Source of the DNA: Lama guanicoe | Taxonomy: Eukaryota | DNA length: 64,000 nucleotides | NCBI GenBank assembly: GCA_013239625.1 | Contig: MU053881.1 | Coordinates: 3,660,001 to 3,724,000 of the forward strand | Direction of reading: 5' to 3' | Notes under the pieces: generated by a model | The model's database searches: none | The model's input: the letters and a program-made list of their open reading frames with translations, nothing else | Told to the model about the DNA's origin: nothing | Program-made: the position numbers and the translations under genes | Part shown: positions 12,629 to 25,895 of the stretch, piece by piece | Layout: each line of letters starts with the position of its first letter | How positions within the stretch are numbered: the first letter of the stretch is position 1

Positions 12629-13594
12629 CTATATTAATAAAACTTATTGGCTAATATTATAATTTAGAATATAATTGTATAAAATAGAGTAATAGTGATT
12701 TAAGATCATTTATTAATGTTCAAATCAAATAAATGTTTGTTAACTTATTCACTTTTTTGTGTCTCCCTTTGTAGTAAAAAGCGGTTATATTTTCTCCAAA
12801 TGGTCTTCTTAAGAGGGAGGAGAGGTCCATGCGAGCCCAGCCCATTTTGCAATGGACGCCACCCGGAAAAAAACAGAGGGCAAGGAAGGAGAGAACTGAC
12901 GTGGTTAACATTGATTCATTTTGTGTATTATGAACTTTAATTGTGAATTATATGACATAATGTACCCTCCATTCCTCCTGGGTCTGCGTTAGGTTAAGGG
13001 GGAAACAAATGACGAAGGAGCTGAAAATGATTTATCTGTAATCACGTGCAGTAACATTGTTTTCTTCTCCCGCCGTTATTTAATTTTACAAAAATAGTTA
13101 AGTTTAATATTAGTAATAAGGGGATGGACAGAGAGAGAGGGGAGTGTGTTCTGGAGCCTTTTAAAATGTAATACGAAGACCACCGGTGATTATCACAGTG
13201 CTAGGATTAATAGCGATAAAATGAATGGCTAACACTTTTTGAGCACTTTCTAGGTTCTAAGATGTGAGGCAGACACAGCTTTTGAATGTCGTCTGTTCGA
13301 GCTTCGCAGCATCCCGGGTTGGTCACCATCCTCATTATTTTAAAAGGTTAATGACTTGCCCAAAGTCTCACAGTCTTCTAACAGTGCCAGGAGGGCTAAC
13401 TCAGACAGCCTGGCTCCAATCGTTAACTCTTAACCCCATGTTTGTCGTTATCTGTCTCCACGGGTGCCCATCCGCACCCCACAAGCCTACAAGTTCTTGT
13501 TCACAGTCCCTGAAGGGTGCAGGACCAAGCCTCACTTAACAGCCAGACCCGCTGAGCCCCAGACGTAATCGAACTGAATCAAAACCAGGTTTTG

Positions 13595-13760
13595 CCGCCG
13601 TTGAAGGGGAGCTTCCCGGCGGCGGGCGCGCGGGGGCGCGCTGGAGCCAGCGGCTGGGCGCGGCGAGGACCAGAAGGAGCCCGGAGCCGCGGGAAGGGAC
13701 CCTCGGGGTAGGGTCGGGGAGGGGGGCTGCCGAGGGGAGGAGGAGCGGCCGTCTTACTCA
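13595..13760. promoter_or_regulatory. Small CpG-rich island
   Basis: Dense CG dinucleotides in non-repetitive GC-rich sequence. Confidence 0.65.
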
Positions 13761-14756
13761 ACACATTATCGCATGTTTTCTGCATTGCAGAGACAATATT
13801 ATTCCATCAGGGAGATGGCTGTAACCACCTAATTAAGTCTCCTGTTGAACCAGAGTGGTGACTTCAGTAATTGCCCGTTTAAATGGCACGGAAATATGTG
13901 CTCCGCAGGCCCAGACTCTGGGCTGATCCCCAGCGTGTCTCCCCGCTGTCCCTGTGCGCTGGGACTGACACCAAGGGCTGGTCTTAATTTTGAACGGGGG
14001 GTGGGGGGTAGGCAGGGGTGTTTGTTAAGCAGGCTTGTTCATTTCCTTCTACAGAGCTTTTCCCCTCGGGAAGCCCCCTTCTCACCGCCCCTCATGCTCC
14101 CTGCAGATCGGTCCTCCCTACGTGGAGCCCAGGGCCATCTCTAGAATGACTGCCTATTTGTTCACAACTGTAACGCCAGCACCAAAGTGCCTTCTCCATC
14201 CCCAAAGGCTCAGCATAAGTTCTCCAAAAACACTAACAGACGAGTCAATATCCCTCCAGTTTCATCTGACCGCAAAAATCAACCTGGGACACTCACGCAA
14301 ACGTAAGTTCTCGGTCCTGAGAAATTCCCATTCTGCAGAGCTCGAAAGACGTGGTGGCTCTGTTTTAACAAGCTTGCCTGGACTCCCCAGTCTGGCAAAT
14401 GTAGAAACCCTGCGCTGGCCAACAACGCCCTGCCCCCACAGGCACCCTGCCAATCCCCTTACCCTGAAACCTTCCGCTGGCTCCTCACCTGCCAGACCCC
14501 GTCCTCCAGTCTTTCCTCCACTCCAGATGCCACAGTGATTTCTTTTTTCAAAGTAGAAATCCATGCCTGTCACCTTCCTCCTGAAACCATCCAGCGCCCC
14601 TCCTTGGAGGTTGGAGGGAAGCTGTGAGAATGATGGCCACAGGCACGGACGCTGAAGTTAAGACACGGGTTAATATTAAGCTCTGGGGCATTGGGGGCGA
14701 ACAGACGCTAAATCTCGGGAAACTGTAGATAAGAGGAGTTCCTTATAAGATTATCT

Positions 14757-14966
14757 CAGGCTTTCTGAACCTCGGCACTATTGACATTTTGGACGGGATA
14801 AATCTTCATTGCGGGGACTTCGCTGTGCATGATGGGATGTTCAGCATTCTCTGCCCACTGGATGCCCATAGCATCTCCCCACCAGTTGTGACGACCCAAA
14901 GTGTCTCCAGACGTGGCCAAATGTTCCCTGGGGTCAAGCCCTTTCCTACCTGATTGAGAACCACTG
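14757..14966. mobile_element. MER20 (opposite orientation to the 12.4 kb copy)
   Basis: aacctcggcactattgacattttgg..agttgtgac.acc.aaa.tgtctccagac..ttgagaaccactg. Confidence 0.85.
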
Positions 14967-15556
14967 GATAATTATAAAGATTAAATTTAAAAAATGTATG
15001 GAAAGCACTTACCCATGCCTGGCACAGAAAAACTGCCCTTCAAGAATGGCCGTGACTCATGTCTAACCTGCCACTGTAAACTATCCATCTGCCTGTTTCT
15101 CATCTTCACCCTGAACTGTGCAGCATCCCCTGAATACATCTGCTCCGTCTCCACCTGGAGTTGGATTCCCTCCTCCCTTGACACATATCCCACTGTGTTA
15201 CACGTGTCTCTCTTTTTCACTGCTTTCTTATCAAGACCAGGGCAACCTGAGAATAGAGGTGATGTTCCTCTTTTCTCTGTGTCCATTGTATTTGTCACAT
15301 TGTTAAAAATGATAATTGCTATTTTTATCACACTAATAATGACGTGTGGCTAAGTCCTTCTTGTATACTGTACTAAATATAATGCCTGTGGCATCGAATT
15401 TAATTTTCATGACCACCCTGTGGGACTCACAACATTATCATTCCTACCTTACAGATGAGAATACTGAGACACAGAGAGGTCAGTAACCTGCCCAAGGTCA
15501 CACAGCTAGGAAGGACTCAAACCCAGTCCCATCCAGCTCTAGCCCAGGCTCTAAAT

Positions 15557-16400
15557 CAGGGCTTAGCAGACCTCTGCAAAGAGTAAATATTTTTGGCTTT
15601 GTAAACCACACGGTCTCTGTCTGTCACAACTGCTCTAATTCTGCCATAGAAGCACAAAAGCAGAAATATGTAAATAAGTGAGAGCAGTGTGTATTAACAG
15701 AACTTTATTTGTGGATGCTGAAATTGTAATTTCCTATTATTTTCGTGTGTCACAAACATTATTCTTCTTTTGATTTTCCCCCCCAACCATTTAAAAATGT
15801 AAACACCATTCTCATTGACAGATGACTGGGTAAAGAAGTTGTGGTGTATTTATACAATGGAATATGACTCAGCCATAAAAAAGAATAAAATAATGCCATT
15901 TGCAGTAACATGGGTGGACTTGGAGATTGTTGTTCTAAGTGAAATAAACCAGAAAGAGAAAGGAAAATACCATATGATGTCACTCATATGTGCAATCTAA
16001 AAAAAGAAAAAAAGAAGACATTAATGAACTCATTTACAAAACAGAAACAGATTCATAGACATAGTAAACAATCTTATGGTTACCGGGGGAAAGGGGGTGG
16101 GAAGGGATAAATTGGGAGTTCAAGATTTGCAAATATTAACTACTATATATATAAATAAATTTTAAAAAATTTCTGTGTCGCACATGGAACGATATTCAAT
16201 ATCTTGTAGTAACCTTTAATGAAAAAGAATATGAAAATGAATATATCTATGTATATGTATGACTAAAACGTTATGCTGTACACCAGAAATTGACATGCTG
16301 TAACTGACTATATTTCAATTAAAAAAAAAACACTATTCTTATTAGCTCATTGATGATGTAAAAATAGCTGGTGGATCAGATCTGGTCTTTGCCCACCCCA
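15557..16400. mobile_element. MER58B-like element split by an L1 insertion
   Basis: MER58 motifs on both sides of the L1 at 15817-16327. Confidence 0.7.
15817..16327 (+). mobile_element. 5'-truncated L1 (end of ORF2 plus 3'UTR)
   Basis: ORF2 C-terminus KKLWCIYTMEYDSAIKKNKIMPFAVTW, poly(A), TSD aaacaccattctcatt/aaacactattcttatt (15801-15816, 16328-16343). Confidence 0.92.
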
Positions 16401-17599
16401 GCTCTGCATCAGTGCATAGAGTCATACAGTCAAAAGTGAGAAAGATCATAGAGCAAGAGGACCACAGGCATCAGAAATCCAGGCTCCTGCTTTACTAGAC
16501 CCAGAGGTTAGCGCTACCTCAGTGCTGACCTTGGCCCTTTTTGAGGGCAGCAGTGATTATAAACTGTGGAGAGTGTTGGTACCACCCACATGGATGTGGG
16601 CGAGCAACACTTAAGTGGAGCAAATCCAGAGAGATCCAGGAAACATCCTTTACCTTGAGATGCGGGAGAGCCTTCCCAGCATCACTCGGCATCATTTCCC
16701 ATCTCAGCTACAAACGACCTCCCTCATTAGGAGACATTTGGCTGCAGGAATTTTTGCATGGTCATTCTTCTAATGCCTAGTTGCTTTCATGCAAATCACA
16801 AAGAGAAATGGCCAGGCAAAAAGGAAAAAGTCCAGTGGAAGGAACTCTGGATGCCCATGGCAGAAAGGTTCTAGACTTTAAACAAGACTTTAAACACTGC
16901 AACTTGGAAAACTTGCTGGCAAAGCCTTGATAGTTATTTACCAGCCCTGATATAATAAAGTCAAGAAGCCAAAATGGTAGGTGGTAGGACAACAACGAAA
17001 ACGAAAAAATAAAATAAAAACAACAGTAATTGAGGTCGCATTTATGAAGTGATTCCTATGTACCAAGCCCCCGTCTCATCTAATCCTGCGATGCATATGT
17101 AGCCATCATCCCATTTTGCGCATGCAGGAACTGAGGCTCAGTGTTGTTAATTGCCCAAGATCACATGTTAATGAGGGATGAAGCAGATTTTAAACTACCT
17201 GAGAAGACTCCAGCACTAACCCTCGGATAGTTATTATTCACTCTTAAGACATGCATGGTCTTTTGTATGCGGGAATTCCTTGTCCTTCCAAAGGTAATCT
17301 CATTGCCTGGATTTTGTCTGCCCTCCCTGCTCCAGGAGAACACGATATGCTTTCTCTGCATTTCCAAAGGATGCTGTCCAGCCGAGAACTAAGGCATCTA
17401 TTGCATTGCCTTGTAGCTCTGTCTCTGCAGCCTGTCTCCAAAAGCAACCTGAGGGCAGGCACTGTTCCTTTACCATTTGTTGCCTCAACCCCCAGCCAGT
17501 GGCCAAGCTTCTAAAACTTTGTAAATGTGAGTTTAGTTGGGTGGTTTTAAGAAAATAAGGTTTGCTTGCATGTCTTCATTATTAACTCATTTGTAGAAA

Positions 17600-17990
17600 G
17601 AAGCAAACTGTTGATACACATGATTTGAATGAATTGCCAGGGAATTATGTGGAGTGAAAACAGCCCATCTCAAGGGATCACTTGTCATATGATTCCATTT
17701 TTATAAACATTCTTGGAACAACAAAATTATGGACATGAAGAACAGATTGGTGGTTACCTGTGATTGCAGATGGGGGGTATAGTTGGAGATGGGTGTGGCT
17801 GTAAAAGAAAACATAAGAAATGTTTGCACTGATGAAATTATTCTATAGCTTGACTGCATTAATGTCAATATCCTAGTTGTGATATTGTACTATTGTTTTG
17901 CAAGGTAATATCATTGGGGAAGGGTGCATAAGTTTTTACAATTCCATGTGAATCTACAGTTAACACAAAAGAAAAGTTAACTGTAAAAAG
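17600..17990 (+). mobile_element. Old L1M 3'UTR fragment
   Basis: tatgattccattt.tata..cattctt; gaacagattggtggttacc; atgtcaatatcct.gttgtgatattgtacta. Confidence 0.7.
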
Positions 17991-17999
17991 TCACTTGTG

Positions 18000-20900
18000 T
18001 GGTGACATAGTGAAAACTATGGAATAGGGAACTCCATAAGTACATCCTTTCAAAAAACTGCCATAAACTGGCAAATAAACCAAAACACTGATGAAATCAA
18101 CTTTACCTGAACTCTGGAAACTAATCTAATGTTTACAGCAACCAAGCAAATGCTTAATGAAGACAAAACCAGCTAATCTTGGTAAGTAAGACAGCTTGGT
18201 GGCATTGTATCTTACCATGGTTCCATCCCGTCTCTCAGATCAGTAGCAGCCTTGAAGACAACAGCTTAATACAGGTTCCTGGTACCAGAAGGAACAGAAT
18301 GGACCTAAATGAACTGTGATTGTTTGTTTTGACCTGTTTGGTGGCTCCTTAAGGACTGCTCAAAGGGCTTTCCTTTGTTTCACCTAATTCAGCAATATCC
18401 TAGCTGAAGGGGCTACCAGGGTGGAGGGGAGTGTGTGTCAATAATATTTAAAATATTAGCCACAGCCACCTGGGACAATGGATGACAACTGGCAAACAAT
18501 GGACTAAACAAAAAGTTTGGGAAGAAAGGCTGAGGAATAAGGACTTTGAAAAATTACAACCTGTTCCCGGGAATCTAGAAGGTCAGATACACACCCAGGA
18601 CTAGGCACATGATCAGAAAGGACCTCAGAAGTCCATAAACTGTCACCTATGGCTGACCTTCAGGCTCCTCATAAGCAGGAATGAAAATTAAGGCAGAATT
18701 ATAAACGGCCCGGCTGCATGTTAAAGATGTGCACCACCATATACGTATACAGAGCCTGCCAGCAAAGATGGAATTTGGGACTTTTTTTTTTTTTTTTTTG
18801 GATTGGTTTGTGGATCTAGACATTTAAACAAACCTCTGTTAAATCACTCGCTGACCCAATGGAGCAGAGACTTCAGTTGGTCACACATAACAAAGACTAC
18901 AGACTTTGCAAATTTAGTTCAGAAAATTCACAAAAACAAAAAAAAAAAACAAAACAATAAGCAGCAACAACAAACCCTGGGGAAGAGGGAGAATCTGATT
19001 TGTCGAGTTGCCACATTAGAGTTTCAACAACCACCCAAACACTTCTAGTTGGTAACAAAAAATTACAAGGAATGCCAAGAAACAAGAATATATGGTCCAT
19101 GCAAAGAAAAGAGAAACACCAAAATTAATAGAAACTGTTTCTAGGAAGCCCACATATTGGACTTACTAGAGAAAGACTATAAATCAGCTATTTAAAACAT
19201 GTTGGAAGAAAACAAGTACAAAGAATTAAAGGAAACATTGAAAATGTATCATCAAATAGAGATAGGAATTATAAAAAGGAACAAAATAGGAATTCTTGGG
19301 TTGAAAAGAACAATAACTCAAACGAAAAATTAACTTGAGGGATTCAACAGCACATTTGAGCAGGAAAAGTATTAGCAAACTTGAAGATGGGCCAATTGAG
19401 ATTATTCAGTTGGAGCAGAAAGAAAAAAGAGTGAGGAAAAATAAGCAGACTTTAAGTGGCCTTAAGAGTTTAAGACACCATCATTCATATTAACATATGC
19501 ATAAAAGGAGTCCCAGAATGAAAGAAGAAAGAGAAAAAGGAGAAAAGACTATTTGAAAAAATAATGGTCAAAACCCTTCCCAAATCTGTTGAAGGACATG
19601 AACCTATATTTCCAAGATGCTCCAAGAATCTCAAGAAGCGTCAACTCAGATCCACGGTGAAACATATTATAACCAAACTGCTGAAAGTCAAACATGAAAA
19701 GAAAATCCTGAAAGCAGCAGAAGAGAATTGGCTCACCATGTTATGCTGTACAAGGGGCCTCAATAAGATTAACAGCTGATTTTTCATCTTAAGTCATGGA
19801 GGCCAGAAGACAGTGGGATGTCATATGTAAAGGTCTTCAAGCAAACAAAACAAAAACTTTCAGCCAAGAACTTTATCTGGCAAAACTACTCTTCAAAAAT
19901 TAAAACTTTTCCAGATAAATAGAAACTGAGAGAGCTTGTCACTAGTAAATCTGCTGTATAAGAAATGCCAGAGCAAGTCCTTTCGGCCAAAATGAAAGGC
20001 CACTAGACATTGACTCAAATCCAGACAAAGAAATAGAGAACAACTGTGAAGGTAACTATGGAAGCAAATATAAAAATCAGTATTAATGTATTTTTGGTTT
20101 GTAACTCCTATTTTTTTCTATATGATTTAAAAGACAGCTATATAAAGTAATAATATAAGTCTATATTAATGGAAACACAATGTATAAAGGTGCAATTTGT
20201 AACAATAACAACATAAAGGGGACACACAACTACATAGGAGCAAAATTTTGTATAATATTAAAAACAAATTGATATTTATTCAAACTAGATTGTTATAAAT
20301 TAAGATCTTCAGGGCAACAAGATAATAAAGAAATATATAGATAGATATGTATAAATATATGGTAAAATTAATAAGAAAGAAATAAAAATGCACTAGAAAA
20401 TATCTATCTCACACAAAAGAATGTAGTAATGGAGTAATTGAGAAACAAAAATATATAATAAATAGAAAACATATAGCAAATGACAGAAGTACATTTCTTC
20501 TTATCAGTAGTTACTCTAAATGCAAACGGATTAAACTCTCCAATCAAAATGTATACATTGGCAGAATGGATTATTAAAAAATGATCCAACTATATACTAT
20601 CTATAAGACACTTTATATGCAGACATTAATATATTGAAAGTGAAAGAGTAAGAACAAATAAATTCCATGCCAACATAACCAAGAGATCTGAAGTGGCTAT
20701 ACTAGAATCAGACAAAATAGACATTAAGACAAAAATTGTTACGAGAGACCAAAAAGGACATTATATAATGATAAGAAAGGTCAATCCATCAAGTAGATAC
20801 AAAATTATAAACATATATGCCTCTAACAACAGAGCCCCCAAAATATATGAAGGAAAACTTGCAAAATGATGGCATAGACAATTTAACAATAACAATTGGA

Positions 20901-23207
20901 TAATTAAAATTCCACTTTCAACAATGAATAGAACAACTAGGCAATAGATTAAAAAGAAAATAGAAGATTTGAACATTTATGAGCCAACTAGACCTAACAG
21001 ACACACATAGAACACCCACTTAACGACAGCAGAATACACATTCTTTCAAGTACATATGGAACATTCTCCAGAGAAAAATCGCATGTTAGACCACAAAAAA
21101 AGTCTCAATAAATTTTTTAAAATATTGATGTCGTACAAAGTATTTTCTCCAACAATGGAATAAAATTAGAAATCAATAACAGAAGGAAATCTGGTACATT
21201 CACAAAGATGTGGAAATTGAACAGCACACTCTGAAACAATCAATGAATAGAAGAATAAATCGCAAAGGAAATAGAAAATATTTTGAGAAGAATGAAAATG
21301 AAAACAAAGCATACCCAAAGTTAAGGAATGCAGTGAAATTAGTGCTAGAGGGAAATTTATAGCTGCAAAAGACTACATTTTAAAAAGAGGGGGAAAAAAA
21401 TCTCAAATGAATAGCCAACCTTCCATCTGGAAGCTAGAAGGAGCTAGAAAAAGAAGAGAAAAATAAACTCAAATCAGATGGAAAAAAATAAATAATAAAG
21501 ATTTTGGTGGTGATAAATAAAATAGAGAATAGAAAAACAGTAGAGATAATCAACAAAACCAAAAGTTACTCTGAAAAGATGAACAAAATTGAGACAATTT
21601 TATCTAGACAAACAAATATAAAAAAAACATTCAATTGCTAAATAAGGAATGAGAGTGGTAACATTGCTACTGACCTTACATAAATGAAAGGATTATAAGC
21701 AATACTATAAACAATTGTATGCCAACAAGGTAACCTAGATGAACTGGACAAATTTTCAGAAACACACAAATTACCAAGACTGACTCAAGAAGAAATAGAA
21801 AGCATAAATAAACCTAGAACAACTAAAGACATTAGATCAGTAATAATAACTTTCAAAAACTTACAGCAACAACAGATTACTAGACTGGTGAATTCTGACA
21901 AACATTTTAACAACTAACATGTTTTTCTCAAACTCTTCCAAAAAGTAGAGATGCAGAGAACATTTCCCAATTTGTTCTAGGATGTTAGTATTATCCTGAT
22001 ACCAAAACAAGACATGGACATCATAAGAGGTCTACAGACCATTATCTCTTAGGAACATGCGTACAAAAGTCCTAAGTAATAATCCTAGCAAACCAAATCC
22101 AGCAGCATGTTAAAGCGTATACACCACGTCAAGGAGGGATTTATTTCTGCCACGGTTCAGTATAAAGCAATCAATCAATGTAATACACCATATTAATGTA
22201 ATGAAGGGAAGAAAGCAATGATTCTCAACTGTTGAAGGTTAACCAGTTGCAAAATCTAACACCCTTTCATGATGAAAACGCTCAACAAACTAGCAGTAGA
22301 AGGAAACATTCTCAACCTAGTAAAGGGTATCTATGAAAAACCCACAGTAAACATGACCCTTAATGGTGGAAGACTGAAACTTTTCCTCCTAAGATCAGGA
22401 ATAAGACAAGGATGTGCACACTTGCCACTTTCATTCAACACAGTTATTGGAGTTTCCCAGCTTTGGCAACTAAGCAAGGAAAATAAATAAAAGATGATCA
22501 GATGATGATCAGATGAGAAAGAAAGAAGTAAAGCTGTCTCTATTCACAGAAGACACAGTCTTCAATATGGAAAAATCTTAAAGAATCCACAACAGAAACC
22601 TTAAATCTAATAAGCAAGTTCAACCAGGTTGCTGGATATACGATCAACATACAATAGTCAGTTGTATGACTACACTCTAGCAATGAATAATCCAAAAATG
22701 AAACCAAGAAAACAATTCCACTTATAATAGCATTGAAAAATAAAATGTTTAGAAGTAAATTTAACCAAGGAGGTGCAAAAGTTGTACACTTAAAACTACA
22801 AAACTCTTATGAAAGAAATTTTAAAATAGCTAAAAATGTAGACAGATAGCTGTGTACAGGAATTAGAAGATGTAATAGGGTTAAGACTTCAACACTCTCC
22901 AAATTGACCTACAGATTTGGTTCAATCCAGTTCAAAATTCCAATGGCCTTTCTGCAGAGAAATTTTAAAAATCAGTTCTCAAATTCACTCTGAATTATAA
23001 GGGATCTTGAATACACAAAATTATCTTGGAAAAGATTAATGCAGGAAAATTAGTATTTCCCTATTTCAAAACTTACTACAAAGCATCTGCCATCAAGGCA
23101 GTTGGTACTGGTATAAAGCTAGACATATTAATCAATGGGATAGAATTGAGAGTCCAGAAATAAATGCTCACATTTATGATCATTTGATTTTTAACAAGGG
23201 TGCCAAG
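18000..23207 (+). mobile_element. Decayed L1M: 5' region, ORF1 remnant (~19150-20030), ORF2 endonuclease/RT remnant (~20500-23207)
   Basis: A-rich sense strand; residual peptides HIITKLLKVKHEKKILKAA (ORF1) and KTLNKL..EGNILNLVKGIYEKPT..LRSGIRQGC (RT); many stops and frameshifts. Confidence 0.92.
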
Positions 23208-24167
23208 GAAGAGAACGAAGCAGACCTGGACAGAAGGGGAAGCTGAGCTCAGATCCTGGGCAGCATGTCAGTGCCCACCCCACGATGTAAATGCCTTTCC
23301 CCAAAGACATCTCAGTTCCTCGAATGCTCTTTGAACCAGCTCTACCATCCTGATGGTTTCCTTGTTAATGAGTTAAATAAATCTTTGGCATGGGCTAGAT
23401 ATAATATTTGTATGGGAGTCATGCTTTAAACTATTTTAAAATTATTTTTGATGGCTACTCCCTACTTCCAACCTCCAGTGTCCCTCCAGTGCGCTTCAAA
23501 TGACATCCAAACTCCTCATTGTAGCCTGAAAGGTCTTGCCGGTTGACTCTGCCCATCTCCCTGCCCTCTTACTCCTCCTTGTAACTCATTCCACTCACCC
23601 TGGCCTTATGTGTTTTGCATCAGGTGCCCGCTCTCCCCCATCTCAGGGTCTCTGGACAAGCTGCTCTCGCTGACGGGGGTGCTCATCCTCGGCATTATCC
23701 CCGACCACCACTTTCTTGTCACTCGGGTCTCTGCTCACAGGTCCCCTCCTCAGAGACACCAGATCTGACCACCAGAGCTACGTCTATGCAGTGTCCTTCT
23801 CTACCATCTCACCCTTCCTCCTGCAGAGACTTGAGTCATTTCTGATATGATCTTGTGCGTCTATTTATTTCCCTGTTTAAATATTGTCTCGCTGCCCATC
23901 CACGGTAGGAACTCAGAATGAGTACTGGAAAAACCTGTTGATCATTAGACGCTCTGCCATCAGGGAGAGTACAAAAGAGTCTCAACAGTGTCTGAAAATG
24001 GGAATTTTGAGAAAGGTATTTGTAGGGTCGTAGGTCCTCGATAGATATTTTAAGGCGAGGCAGGGAACTAGCTGAAAACGCACGGAGTTTGCGATGTAAT
24101 AACTCGACTGGCAGACACAGCAGGGCAGGGTTCTGAAGCATCCATTGATGAGAAGCTGGTAATTTCC

Positions 24168-24885
24168 TTCTTTTTTGAGATGTAATCAACGTTTAACATT
24201 GTACCAGTTTTAGGTGCACAACGTAACCATTTGCTGTATGTATATGTATCGCTAAATGATCACCACAGGACCTTTAGTTAACATCCATCACCACACATAG
24301 TTTAAAGAATTTTTTTTCTTATAATGAGAACATTTAAGATCTATACTCTGAGTAGCTTTCAAATATGCAGTACAGGATGTTAGCTATAGTCATCCTTCTG
24401 TACGTGACATCCCCGGGACCTATCTTGTAGCCGGAAGATTTTACCTTCTGACCACCTTCTCCCCTTTAGCCCACCCCCGCCTCCCACCTCTGGCAACCAC
24501 CAATCTGTTCTCTGTATCCACGAGTTCAATTTTTTATTTTGTTTTGTTTTTAGATTTCATCCGTAGGTGAGACCATACAGTATGTGTCTTTCTTTGTCTA
24601 AGTTACTCTACTTGCCAGAGTGCCCTCAGGTCCAACCATGTCACAAATGGCAGGATTTTCTTCTTTTTTATGGTGGAATAATAGTCCATCCTAAATGTAT
24701 ATGATAGAATATTCGGTATATGTAAGACGCATTTTCTTTATCCATTCTTTCATCAATGGACACTTACGTTGCTTCCATGTCTTGGCTATTGAAACTAATG
24801 CAATAAACAAGGGGGTACATACATCTTTTTAAGATAATGATTTCATTTTCTTCGGATAAGTCCCCACAAGTGGAATGGCTTGATT
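24168..24885 (-). mobile_element. L1MA-like 3' end
   Basis: ctctggcaaccaccaatctgttctctgtatc; aatggcaggatttt.ttctttttta; gttgcttccatgtcttggctatt. Confidence 0.85.
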
Positions 24886-25509
24886 TGTTAGTTTTCGTAA
24901 GTGAGCTGGTAGGTTCACAGTCTTACCTCCCAGAAGCAAGTATGTTCTGCAGCATTCAGCTAAGTTCGTCTTGCTGGCGGCCAGCATTGCTTAACACACG
25001 AACAGGAAATACGTTGCTTTCGATCCTCTTCCCACTAACAAATGAGAAAACTGCTCCCTCAGAGCAGCAACCTTATCCATCCTGTTATTCCTACTGGCTT
25101 TTGAATGCTGAGGGCCTGTTGAGTAATAGGTATTCAATAAATATTTATTAAGTTAACAAATTTTTCCTGTGTCATTAAAAGCTGTTTGTGATCCTGGGCA
25201 AGACACTTCACCTCTGCAAAATAGAGATAAAGCTGAATAAATTTATTGAGCACCTGCCATTTGCCAGACACCCTTCTAAGAGCCACAGACCCAGGAGTCA
25301 ACCAGACTAACTTTCCACCCCCATGGGGCTGACACCCCAGGGCAGAAAGGCAGTAAGGAAGCTAATGGATGAATAAACAAAATCATTACAGATTACGGAA
25401 GTTCGTATTTATGTGTATTTCTTGTTAGGAAGCCAGATACTTTTTTTTTTTGAAAATGAGTCTACAGAAAAGCTCTACTCCAGTGACAATCACGAGAGAG
25501 ATGGTTCCC

Positions 25510-25657
25510 TTTTATTTTTATTTTTATTTTTTTTGCATTCTTGGGGAGGATTTACGGGGGGTGGAGGTAATTAGATTTTTATTTATTTTTAGTGGAACTA
25601 CTGGAGATGGAACCCAGGACCTTGTGCATACTCTACCACTGAGCTATGCCTTCCCCA
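25510..25657 (-). mobile_element. tRNA-derived SINE with an internal deletion
   Basis: gaacccaggacctt..ctctaccactgagctat..cccc, with a T-rich tail on the left. Confidence 0.8.
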
Positions 25658-25833
25658 GCTCAAGAGATGCTTTTCTTAAATTATGTTTCTTTGTTGTTCT
25701 TATTACAAAAGCAACATGTGCTTGTTCCAATAAGTAAAGTCATTTTTCAAGTATATAAAGGAAAATTCGAAAATCCATCACCAGCACCTCCAGGTGTCTG
25801 CCTGGTGGGAGCTCTTCCACATTGTCCCAGGAC

Positions 25834-25842
25834 TAGATAGAT

Positions 25843-25895
<53 letters not shown>
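25834..25895. repeat. (GATA)n microsatellite
   Basis: Directly visible. Confidence 0.97.

Noticed and set aside
14591..14607. CTCF-like motif on the minus strand
   Set aside because: The core spacing is one base short of the consensus.
12438..14966. Oppositely oriented MER20 pair as a long inverted repeat
   Set aside because: These are two independent, highly diverged copies of a common family.
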